64,000 nucleotides of DNA, taken from NCBI GenBank assembly GCA_030390025.1, contig CM059436.1:37386001-37450000 (forward strand), in the 5' to 3' direction. The translations under genes and the position numbers were made by a program. The first letter of the stretch is position 1; every line of letters begins with the position of its first letter. A model generated the notes under the pieces. It was not told the DNA's origin, did no database searches, and worked only from the letters and a program-made list of their open reading frames with translations. Below are positions 52,601 through 64,000 of this stretch, piece after piece. The stretch comes from Squalus acanthias. Lineage: Eukaryota.

Positions 52601-55600
52601 CATACGAACATACGAATTAGGAGCAGGAGTAGACCACTCAGCCCCTCGAGCCTGCTCCGCCATTCAATAAGATCATGGCTGATCTGATTACTCCACATTC
52701 CCGCCTACCCCCGATAACCTTTCACCCCCTTGCTCATCAAGAATCTATCCACCTCTGCCTTAAAAATATTCAAAGACTCTGCTTCCACCGCCCTCTGAGG
52801 AAGAGAGTTCCAAAGACTTGCGACCCTCTGAGAAAAAATGTCTCCTCATCTGTCTTAAATGGGCGACCCCTTATTTTTAAACAGTGACCCCTAGTTCTAG
52901 ATTCTCCCACAAGAGGAAACATCCTCTCCACATCCACCCTGTCAAGACCCCTCAGGATCTTATATGTTTCAATCAAGTCACCTCTTGCTCTTCTAAACTC
53001 CAGTGGATACAAGCCTAGTCTGTCCAACCTTTCCTCATAAGACAACCCGCCCATTTCAGGTATTAGTCTAGTAAACCTTCTCTGAACTGCTTCCAATGCA
53101 TTTACATCCTTAAATAAGGAGACCAATACTGGTACACAGTACTCCAGATGTGGTCTCACCAATGCCCTGTATAACTGAAGCATAACCTCCCTACTTTTGT
53201 ATTCAATTCCCCTCGCAATAAACGATAACATTCTATTAGCTTTCCTAATTACTTGCTATACCTGCATACTAACCTTTTGCGATTCATGCACTAGGACACC
53301 CAGATCCCTCTGCATCTCAGCTCTGCATCTCTCACCATTTAGATAATATGCTTTTTTATTCTTCCTGCCAAAATGGACAACTTCACATTTTCCCACATTA
53401 TGCTCCATTTGCCAGATCTTTGCCCACTCACTTAACATATCTTTATCCCTTTGTAGTCTCCTTATGTCCTCTTCACAATTTACTTTCCTACCTATCTTTG
53501 TGTCATCAGCAAATTTAGCAACCATACCTTTGGTCCCTTCATCCAAGTCATTTATATAAATTGTAAGAAGTTGAGGCCCAGCACTGATCCCTGTGGCACG
53601 CCACTCGTTCTATCTTGCCAATCAGAAAATGACCCATTTATGCCTACTCTGTTTCCTGTTAACTAGCCAATCTTCTATCCATGCCAATATATTACCCCCT
53701 ACACCATGAGCTTTAATTTTCCACAATAACCTTTGATGTGGCACCTTATCAAATGCCTTCTGGAAATCTCTAAGTACAGTACATCCACCGATTCCCCTTT
53801 ATCCACAGCACATGTTACTTCCTCAAAGAACTCCAATAAATTGGTTAAACATGATTTCCCTTTCACAAAACCATGTTGACTCTGCCTGATTACCTTGAAC
53901 TTTTCTAAGTGCCCTGCTATAACATCTTTAATAATAGCTTCTAACATCTTCCCTATGACGGATGTTAAGCTAACTGGCCTGTAGTTTCCTGCTTTCTGTC
54001 TCCCTCCCTTTTTGAATAAAGGAGTTACATTTGCTATTTTCCAATCTAATGGAACCTTCCCCGAATCTCGGGAACTTTGCAAAATTAAAACCAACGCATT
54101 AACTATCTCACTAGCCACTTCTTTTAAGACCCTAGGATGAAGTCCATCAGGACCCGGGGACTTGTCAGCCCGCAGCTGCAACAATTTGCTCAGTACCACT
54201 TCCCTGGTGATTGTCATTTTCTTCAGTTCCTCCCTCCCTTCCATTTCCTGATTTACAGCTATTTCTGGGATGTTACTTGTATCCTCTATAGTGAAGACCG
54301 ATGCAAAATACCTACTCAACTCTACTGCCATCTCCTTATTTTCCATTATTAATTCCCCAGACTCACTTTTTATAGGACCAACGCTCACTTTGTTAACTCT
54401 TTTCTTTTTTAAATATCTATAGAAACTCTTACTATCTGTTTTTATATTTCTAGCTAGTTTTCTCTTGTACTCTAATTTTTCTCTCCTTATTAATCTTTTA
54501 GTCATTCTTTGGTGTTTTTTATATTCTGTCCAATCTTCTGACCTGCCATCCATCTTTGCGCAATTATATGCTTTTTCTTTAAGTTTGATACTATCTTTAA
54601 CTTTTTTAGTTAACCACGGATGGTGGGTCCTCCCCTTGGAATTTTTCTTTCTTGTTGGAGTGTATATATTCTGTGTATTTTGAAATATCCCCTTAAATGT
54701 CTGCCACTGCAACTCTATTGAACTATCCCTTAACCTAATTTGCCAGTTCACTTTAGCTAGCTCTGCTTTCATGCCCTCATAATTGCCCTTATTTAAGTTT
54801 AAAATACTAGTCTTGGACCCACTCTTCTCTCCCTCAAACTCAATGTAAAATTCAATCATATGATCGTTGCTACCTAGGGGGCGCCTTCACTATGAGGTCA
54901 TTAATTAATCCTATCTCGTTGCACAATACCAGGTCTAATATAGCCTGCTCTCTGGTTGGCTCCAGAACGTGCTGTTCTAAGAAACTATCCCAAAAACATT
55001 CTATGAACTCCTCATCTGGGCTACCTTTGCCCATCTGATTTTTCCAGTCTATATGTAGATTAAAATCCCCCATGATTATTGCCGTACCTTTCTGACAAGC
55101 TCCCATTATTTCTTCCTTTATACTCCATCCTACCGTGTAGTTACTGTTGGGGGCCTGTACACCACTCCCACAAGTAACTTCTTGCCTTTATCATTTCTCA
55201 TCTCTACCCAAACCGCTTCAACATCCTGGTTTCCTGAACTTGCGTCATCCCTCTCTATTGTGCTAATATCATTAATTAACAGAGCCACCCCTCCACCTTT
55301 TCCTAACGTCCTGTCCTTCCTAAATGTCATGTACCCTTCAATATTCAGGTCCCAATCTATGTCATCCTGCAGCCATGTTTCTGTAATGGCTATCAGATCG
55401 TACTTATTTATTTCTATTTGCGCTATCAGTTCATCTGTTTTGTTTCGAATGCTACGTGCATTCAGATGCAGAGCCTTTAGTTTTGTCCTTTTTATTATTT
55501 TTGTAACCACTAGCCTTATCTGTTGATTTACTCTTTGATTTGTACTCTCTATCCCTTCCTGTCACGCTTTGTTTATCATTTCCCATATTAATACCTTTCT

Positions 55601-55686
55601 CTTTTGCCTTGTCTCTACTCTTTGATTTACCACATCTTCCCAAATTTGATCCCTTGCCCCCACTATTTAGTTTAAAGCCCTCTCTA
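52601..55686 (-). mobile_element. CR1 LINE with essentially the whole ORF2 (APE and RT), frameshifted
   Basis: ORFs 55130-55510 (LNARSIRNK, AITETW), 53699-54859, 53256-53546 (FADD), 52770-53231; CATACGAA tail. Confidence 0.92.
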
Positions 55687-55757
55687 CTGCACTCCTGTAT
55701 TATGAACTGTACACCGACACTGTCTTAACTTTTGTTGACTAATATCTGCCGTCATAG

Positions 55758-55913
55758 GTCTTGCAAATTCTGGAACTGTATGCACGAGTATATGAGGAAC
55801 TACTTGCAGTCCCTGTAGTAAAAGGAAGAAAGACTGAAAAAGAAAAGTTTGCAGGTGGTGACTATACGACTACAGTGGAGTCCTATGTATCGGCCAGTGG
55901 AAGAGCCATCCAG
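55758..55913 (+). CDS. EPRS1: EPRS1 exon (26)
   Basis: 156 bp; [34 protein letters not shown]...GRAIQ. Confidence 0.96.
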
Positions 55914-56256
55914 GTGTGTACACACTTAAAATTGAATATACAACTTGTAAAGCACTGTATATGGCCTGAGCTTTGCAGTTAACTACTTAGCCAAAACTGA
56001 TTTCAATCTAAAGTGTATTTTAGATTTAAAGTCACTGGAATTTTATACTTAAATCACAAAAAATAAATTATTTATTTCGGGTCTCTGAAGTCTAACCATT
56101 TCAGACCAGTCAGATCAAATCTTATTTCACCAATTTTGCTGGATGGTGAGTTGAAAGAAGAGTACAGAATAGAAAAGGTATAACTAATTCTACACAAGAA
56201 GTGAAAAATATTTGGTATCAGGAGGGGGAAAAAACAAAGGTGGGGTTCACAGACCT

Positions 56257-56882
56257 CAGCCTGGATATTAATAGGGGCAGGCTACGTAGGCTGGGGGCCG
56301 GAGTCTCAGGCGGGAAGTCTGGGTTTCCCCGCATGCTGTGGAGTTTTAACTCCACGGCGTGTCTTTTGTGCTTGACAGGTTCCCTGCCCGGAAGTCAGTC
56401 TGATTGACAGGTTTGGCTTCCAGTCGAGCGGGGAGGACTCTGGAGCAGGCCGCAGGAGCAGGTAGATCCAATCCATGACCCCGGGGGCCTTTGTGTAAGG
56501 GGCGGGGTGATCTGATGGGGGTGGGAGCTTGGGGGGCCGGGGGGAAGCACTCTTGCTCCTACTGCCCCACAAGCGGTGCTGTAAAGGCACTTGCCTTCTC
56601 CTCGCTGTCCTCGCCTTCCCTTCTGCTGCAGAGTTTCCCAAAGCCTGGGAAACCCGGCCGACCACTGTTAAAACTGCAAAGCAGGCCAACTCCGAGACTG
56701 CCAGCCTCATTTAAAATATTTCAATTGCCAACCCGCCACCTGGGAGTGGGTTGGCTGCACGCCCCTTGACCTGCCTCCAATAAACCCGGAAGTGGGCGAG
56801 TTGGGTCGGAATTCAGATTTTTAAAGTTTTAACATTTGAACCGACCCTAACCTACCGTTTTTGGGTGTTAAAATTCATCCCC
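56257..56882. mobile_element. Probable GC-rich non-autonomous DNA transposon; left end uncertain
   Basis: GC-rich island ending TTAAAATTCATCCCC, similar to other MITE termini in the window; left TIR weak. Confidence 0.35.
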
Positions 56883-56932
56883 TCATCTCTCGTGATCTTA
56901 TACAACATTGTATTGCGGGCTTAGCCTGTAAA

Positions 56933-57396
56933 GTGTCAGCTGTGGCTCAGTGGGTAGCACACTCGCCTCTGAGTCAGAAGGTTGTGGGTTCAAGTCCCAC
57001 TCCAGGGACTTGCGCACATAAAGCTAGGCTGACACTCCAGTGCAGTGCTGAGGGAGTGCTGCACTGTCAGAGGTGCCGTCTTTTGGATAAGACGTTAAAC
57101 CGAGGCCCCGTCTGCGCTCTCAGGTGGACGTAAAAGATCCCATGGCACTATTTCGAAGAAGAGCAGGGGAGTTATCCCCAGTGGCCTGGCCAATATTTCT
57201 TCCTCAACCAACATAACAAAAACAGATTATCTGGTCATTATCACATTGCTGTTTGTGGGATCTTGCTGTGCGCATATTGGCTGCCGCGTTTCCCACATTA
57301 CAACAATGACTCCACTTCAAAAGTACTTCATTGGCTGTAAAGCGCTTTGAGACATCCGGTGGTCGTGAAAGGCGCTATATAAATGCAAGTTCTATT
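56933..57396 (+). mobile_element. tRNA-headed DeuSINE-like SINE, full length
   Basis: A-box TGGCTCAGTGGG, B-box GGTTCAAGTCC, tail AAGGCGCTATATAAATGCAAGT. Confidence 0.87.
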
Positions 57397-57458
57397 TGTA
57401 TGAGAGAAACTTTCTCCAGTATTGATATAGTAATCGATGTACTGTTTTTAAATTGTAG

Positions 57459-57671
<213 letters not shown>

Positions 57672-59147
57672 TAAAAACAAAGCATCTGGAAGCTGAGAAT
57701 TTGGCATGAGCAGTTTACATTATCAATGCCTGAATAGACCTTGTACAAGGATGAGTGACGCTGGTAAAACAGTAGTGCATTGAAATCCATAATCTAAAAT
57801 AACACTCTAATATATCATTTCTGTTTAGTCTAATAATCTGCAAAATTATTCGACAAGTGATGATATCCTTGTGAAACTTGTGTATGAACTTAATCAAGAT
57901 TCAAGGCAGTCATCATTGTGTAATGGAGGTCTAAAATTATAGTGCCCTTCATCAAATCAACAGCCATAATAAAATACACTGTTTAAATATCATTAGTTGC
58001 ATAGTTGATGGATTTTCTAGTAGTTTTAAATCTGGGAATGTATAATGTACAATATAAATGGCAGGGAACAATATATATTTGTTACATGGGCACTGGGTAA
58101 TGGGAAATTGGAGGAGGGCACTTCTAAACTCAGCTGGGTGAGTGAATTTGGCCTGTGTGTGAATTCACTGAAAAGTCGTTTCTCGCTTGTACTTTGAAAC
58201 TTGCTGTTCCTACAAGCGTACGTGTGGGTGGCTGTGGGGCCGGATTCAATTGCACATTTACAAATGAATAGTTTCTGACCTATGTTAGAAACATGTGGGA
58301 AAGCTATGTAAAAATGGATTGCTCGATAACACAACTATTGGGGTTTCCAATGTGCGTACACTCTGCAAGCTGATCTCCCATGGCATTGCTCACAGTAAAT
58401 CGGATGATGCACTGTTTTGAAAGAAACAAATACTATATCTTGTCCCGCTCAATGTTTTCTGCACAAGTGAAGCTACGTTCATTTAAGGCTAGAATGTCCA
58501 ATTGTGTGAATTCATTCAAAGCTTAATTGCTTTTCAGGCAAATTATCAGGCTACGATCAGAACCCTGGCTTTGTTTGTGAGAAGATTAATTAAGCGGTTG
58601 CTGGTCACAGTTGAAGATGCCTCAGGGTCTTAAACTCGCAACGCTAAAGGGTATAACATTCAGCCCTATATGACTGATATGTATTCAGTGATATTCAACT
58701 GGGTATGACTGAATTCCCTAGACTTCTCTATCTTGTGCTAAGTAATGTGCAAAATACAGTACGGTCATTCCTTGCTTGTGCATTTAAAAGTACGCAGCTT
58801 CACCTTCATAGAATAATACATTGGTCATTCTATATTATGATAGGACTATCTTTATAAAACAGCAGTTTCAATGGCTGATGTCGTGAGTCTGGCTGAGAAC
58901 CAACTCATTAAAAAGAATGGTCCACTGAGAGCCAGAGAACTACATACATATGAAGATAATTGATTCAGATTGTAAAGACTTTTGCATCTAATTTTACACC
59001 TGATCTGGAGATGTGTGATGATGACACTAGGTGCCATAAATAAGAAAATGTTCCATTTACCATCTTTTACCTCGAGCACAGAATTTACAAAAGAAAATCA
59101 AGCAGTACTTATCCAATTTGTTTCATGATTAATTGCTCATTTTACAG

Positions 59148-59321
59148 ATTATAATAATCCCTTGTGGGATCACAAACAATCTCTCAGAAGAGGACAAAGA
59201 CTCTTTAATAAAGAAGTGCAGTCAGTATCTTGACCGGCTGACTAATGTTGGAATCCGTGCTCGGGCTGACTTGAGGGACAACTACTCACCTGGCTGGAAG
59301 TTCAACCACTGGGAGTTGAAA
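59148..59321 (+). CDS. EPRS1: EPRS1 exon (28), ProRS anticodon-binding domain
   Basis: 174 bp; IIIIPCGI...[19 protein letters not shown]. Confidence 0.95.
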
Positions 59322-59499
59322 GTAAGTGGATAATTTCTATTTCTATAGAAATGCATGAACCCTCTTTGGTTAATTTTGTTGGCATTACAGGTTCTGACTT
59401 GCAGCAAATTACTGTGCAGTGCCCACAATGCATAAAGGTACAGATAGTGAACACCATGTAAGCAGTAGACTTTTGCACCATATAAAGTGCTTCTAGACA

Positions 59500-62400
59500 G
59501 AGTGCTAAATTGGGAATTTGGAGAGAGTGGGAATTCTGAGCAGAGGGGGAAGGAGGAGAGAGCGAGAGGAGCGGCCGGATATAAAGGGTAGGCCCGAGAG
59601 CCCAGAGGGAGTGCGAGCGTTAGGAGCGAGGTAAGTGACGTCCGCACAAGCTGAAGAGAGAAAAAAACAAATTGGTGAGTAGCTGGTGATTGTTCTTTTC
59701 TGTTAAATTAGTTAATCTATTAAGTAGAGGCATGGCAGGGCACCTCAGTCCCATGGAATGCACATTTTGTGCCCTGTGGGAACTCCAGGACGCTTCCAGT
59801 GTCCTAGACAACCAAGTGTGCAGGAAGTGTCGTCAGCTGGAGGAGCTCAAGCTCCAGGTTTTGGAGCTTGAGCAGCAGCTGGCATCACTGCAGTGCATTC
59901 GTGAGGCTGAGAGCTACGTGGATAGCACGTTTCAGGAGGTGGTCACCCCACAATGTAAGGATGTGCAGGCAGAGAGGAAATGGGTGACCACCAGACAGAC
60001 AAGGAGGACCAGGCAGGTAGTGCAGGAGTCCCCTGAGTGCATCTCGCTCTCTAACCAGTACTGGCGAGGGCACTGGTTTCTCTGGGGAGTACAGCCAGAG
60101 CCAAGTCCATGGCACCATGGGTGGCTCTGCTGTGCAGGGTGGGGTGGGGGGAGGGAGATCAGGAAAACAGTAATAGTAGGGGATTCGATAATTAGGGGAA
60201 CAGGCAGGCCTTTCTGCGGCCACAGACTTGATTCCAGGATGGTATGTTGCCTCCCTGGTGGCAGGGTCAAGGATGTCACTGAGTGGCTGCAGAGCATTCA
60301 GGGGGGAGGGTGAACAGCCAGAGGTCGTGGTCCATATCTGTACCAATGACATGGGTAGAAAGAGTGTGAAGTCCTGCAGGCAGATTTTAGGGAGCTAGGA
60401 AAGAGATTAAAAAGCAGGACCTCAAAGGTAGTAATCTCTGGATTACTCCCAGTGCCACGAGCTAGTGAGTATAGAAATAGGAGGATAGAGCAGATGACTG
60501 CATGGCTGGAGAGATGGTGCAGGAGGGAGGGCTTCAGATTCCTGGGACATTGGGACCGGTTCTGGGGGAGGTGGGACCTGTACAGGCCGGATAGGTTGCA
60601 CCTCAACAGAGCCGGGACCAATGTCCTCATGGAGGGGTTTGCTAGTGCTGTTGGGAAGGGTTTAAACTAATTTGGCAGGGGGATGGGCACCAGGATATAA
60701 CATTAGAAAGGAGAAACCAGGTGCACAAAGGATTGGGAGAGACAGATAGCACTAGAGTAAGAAATAGTACGGTATTGGGTGGGGTCAGACTGAGAGAGAA
60801 TACAAGAAGGTCTAAGATGGCTTACAGTGCATGTGTGTAAATGCATGAAGCATGGTAAATAAGGTTGGTGAGCTGCAGGCGCAGATAGAGACATGGGAAT
60901 ATAATGTTGTGGCAATAATGGAGACCTGGCTCAAAAAAGGGCAGGATTGTGTTTTAAATATTCCTGGATATAAGGTATTCAGGCAAGATAGGGAAGGAAA
61001 GAAAGGAGGTGCGGTGGCAGTATTGGTTAAGGAGAATGTTACAGTGCTGGGGCGAGAGATGATGTCCTGGAGGGGTCAAGGACAGAATCTATTTGGTTAG
61101 AGTTAGAAATAATAGAGTTGTCTTTACACTACTAGGTGTATTCTGTAGGCCACCACCTAGTAGGAAAGATAGAGGAGCAAATTTGCAGGGAAATTACAGA
61201 GAGGTGCAAGAACTATAGAGTAGTGATAATGGGGGATTTCAATTATCTTAATATAGACTGGGATAGTAATAGTGTAAAGGGCAGAGAGGGGGAAGAATTT
61301 CTGAAGTGTTCAGGAGAATTTTCTTGATCAGTACGTTTCCAGCCCAACGAGGAAGGAGATATTGCTGGATTTGGTTCTGGGGAAATGAGGTAGGTTAAGT
61401 GGATCAAGTGTCAGTAGGGGAACATTTAGGGAACAGTGATCGTAGTATCATAAGATTTAGATTAGCTATGGAAAAGGACAGGGAGCAATCTAGAGTAAAA
61501 ATACTTAATTGGCTGAAGGCAAATTTCAGTGGGTTGAGGACGGATCTGGCCCGGCTAAATTGGAATCAAAAATTGGCAGGCAAAACTGTAATCGAACAAT
61601 GCCTTGAAGGAGGAGATGGTTCGGGTACAGTCAAGGTACATTCCCACGAGGGGGAAAGGTAGGCCAACTAAAACCAGAGCTCTCTGGATGATGAAAGAGA
61701 TAGCAAGTACGATGAAGCAGAAAAGGGGGGCTTCACCAAGGAAGAAGATGCTGCCAAAGTCATAGTGAAAGAGGAAGTCGTGGGGATACTGGATGAGATA
61801 AAAATTGATAGAGGGAAGTACTAGAAAGGCTGTCTGTACTTAAAGTAGATAAGCCACCAGGGCCGGATGGGATGCATCCTTAGATGCTGAGGGAAGTTGA
61901 GGAGGAAATCGCGGAGATACTGGCCATAATCTTCCAATCCTCCTTAGATACGGGCTGGTGCCAGAGGACTGGAGAATTGCAAATGTTACACCCTTGTTCA
62001 GAAAAGGGTGTACGGATAAACCCAGCAACTACAGGCCAGTCAGTTTAACCTCGGTAGTGCGCAAGCTTTTAGAAATGATAATCGGGGACAAAGTTAGCGG
62101 TCACTTGGACAAGTGTAGATTAGTTAAGGAAAGCCAGCACAGATTTGTTAAAGGCAAATCATGTTCAACTAACTTGATCGAGTTTTTTGATGAGGTAACA
62201 GAGAGGGTTGATGTGGTGTATATGGACTTCCAAAAGCTGTTTGATAAAGTGCCACATAATAGGCTTGCCAGCAAAGTTGAAGCCCATGGAATACAAGGGA
62301 CTAGGCAGCATGGATACGAAATTGGCTAAGTGACAGGAAACAGAGAGTAGTGGTGAACGGCTGTTTTTCGGATACAGTGGTATTCCCCAGGAGTTGGTAC

Positions 62401-63345
62401 TAGACCACTGCTTTTCTTGATATATAATAATGACTTGGACTTGGGTGTACAGGGCACAATTTCGAAATCTGCAGATGACACAAAACTTGGAAGTATAGTG
62501 AACAATGAGGAGGATTGGGATAGACTTCAAGAAGACATAAGCAGACTGGTGAAATGGGCGGACACGTGGCAGATGAAATTTAATGCAGAAAAGTGCGAAG
62601 TGATACATTTTGGTAGGAAGAACGAGGAGAGGCAATATAAACTAAAGTGTACAATTCTAAAGGGGGTGCGTGAACACAGAAACTTGGGGTTATATGTGCA
62701 CAAATCATTGTAGGTGGCAGGGCAGGTTGAGAAAGCGATTATAAAAGCATATGGGATCCTGGGCTTCATAAATAGAGGCATTGAGTACAAAAGCAAGGAA
62801 GTTATGACGAACCTTTATAAAACACTGGTTCGGCCTCAACTGGAGTATTGTGTCCAGTTCTGGGCACCGCACTTTAGGAAGGATGTGAAGGCCTTGGCGA
62901 GAGTGCAGAAAAGATTTACGAGAATGATTCCAGGGATGAGGGACTTCAGTTACGTGGATAGACTGGTGAGGCTGGGGTTGTTCTCCTTAGAGCAGGGAAG
63001 ATTGAGAGGAGATTTGATAAAGGTGTTCAAAATCATGAGGGGTCTAGACAGAGTAGAGAGAGAGAAACTGTTCCCATTGGCGGAAGGGTCGAGAACCAGA
63101 GGACACAGATTTAAGGTGAAGAACCAAAGGCGACATGAGGAAATACGTTTTTATGCAGCGAGTGGTTATGATCTGGAATGCACTGCCTGAACGGGTGGTG
63201 GAGGCAGACTCAATAAGTACCTGAAGGAAAAAAATTTGCAAGGCTACGGGGGAGTGGGACTGGCTGAAGTGCTCTTGTGGAGAGCCAGCACAGGCTCGAC
63301 AGGCCGAATGGCCTCCTTCTGTGCCGTAACTATTCTATGATTCTT
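59500..63345 (+). mobile_element. Near full-length CR1 (HER1-like) LINE with 5'UTR, ORF1 and ORF2; disrupted, with an internal deletion
   Basis: ORF1 CTFCALWE...CRKC, coiled coil and IVGDSIIRG esterase; ORF2 APE and RT motifs; TATTCTATGATTC tail. Confidence 0.92.
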
Positions 63346-63993
63346 TAAGATGGACAAGTGTTCAGTTTCCAGGACCAGAATTAATTTCCGTACCCTGCTC
63401 TTGCCTGTTGTCATTTTTCTACAGAGAGCTAGATGGATACTTTAGCAATGCTGAAGTTTTGAAACATTTCTTGCTGATTTTATGGTGATGTCTTGAGTCC
63501 TCAGAACTTGTAATTTATTGGAATGAATGCATAGTTACTTATGCATTTTCTACTATATAGCATGAACTTTGGATGCAGCCTTGATTGAAGTGCACTCCGA
63601 ATTGCTTTAACCTATGTGCATTGTAGGTTTAAATGACCACAAAATACTTGCTGCCATCAGTATGACTAGTAACTCATCTGGCCTAATTGTCCTCAAATAA
63701 GGATGTCAGAAAATGCTACTAGCCAGGGTTGGAATTTATCACCATACCCAGTAAATATAATGATGCTTATAGCTAACTCAAACACAAACTCAACTCTGAC
63801 ATGTAATATTAGGGGTATCCTTTATCTTAGTTATCACTCTCTGAACCTTTCACCCAGTTTATTAAAGATTCGTGAGCAACTGTTGCAGCACCTCATCGAA
63901 CTTCAATGTATTATTATGCTACAGCAAATATTAAATGCTATTATTTTCAGTGAGGAAATGGAGCTAAGATTTTTTAATTTATTTCAATTTTAG

Positions 63994-64000
63994 GGTGTAC
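63994..64000 (+). CDS. EPRS1: EPRS1 exon (29), first 7 nt only, runs off the window
   Basis: T-rich tract plus TAG, then GGT GTA C, the expected GVP after WELK. Confidence 0.75.

Overview
Eukaryotic, intron-rich vertebrate DNA. The TE complement (CR1/HER1-like LINEs with 8-bp microsatellite tails, DeuSINE, Penelope) points to a shark or ray (inference). The whole window lies inside one + strand gene, EPRS1 (bifunctional glutamyl-prolyl-tRNA synthetase). I traced 27 coding exons with AG/GT boundaries and a continuous reading frame: end of the GST-like domain, GluRS (HIGH motif), four WHEP repeats (human has three) and most of ProRS. The gene start and end lie outside the window. Exon numbers are human-equivalent and from recollection. 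Introns hold many CR1 and L2 LINEs, DeuSINEs, a Penelope element, a solo LTR, several MITEs and a probable DIRS relic. Two observations stand out. (1) A 501-bp non-coding insertion with a 13-bp TSD is an almost perfect 225-bp-arm palindrome carrying a hammerhead ribozyme motif on each strand. (2) A hAT-type MITE has an 8-bp TSD that duplicated the EPRS1 splice donor exactly at the WHEP-linker/ProRS boundary. Most ORFs in the supplied track are TE fragments or antisense noise.
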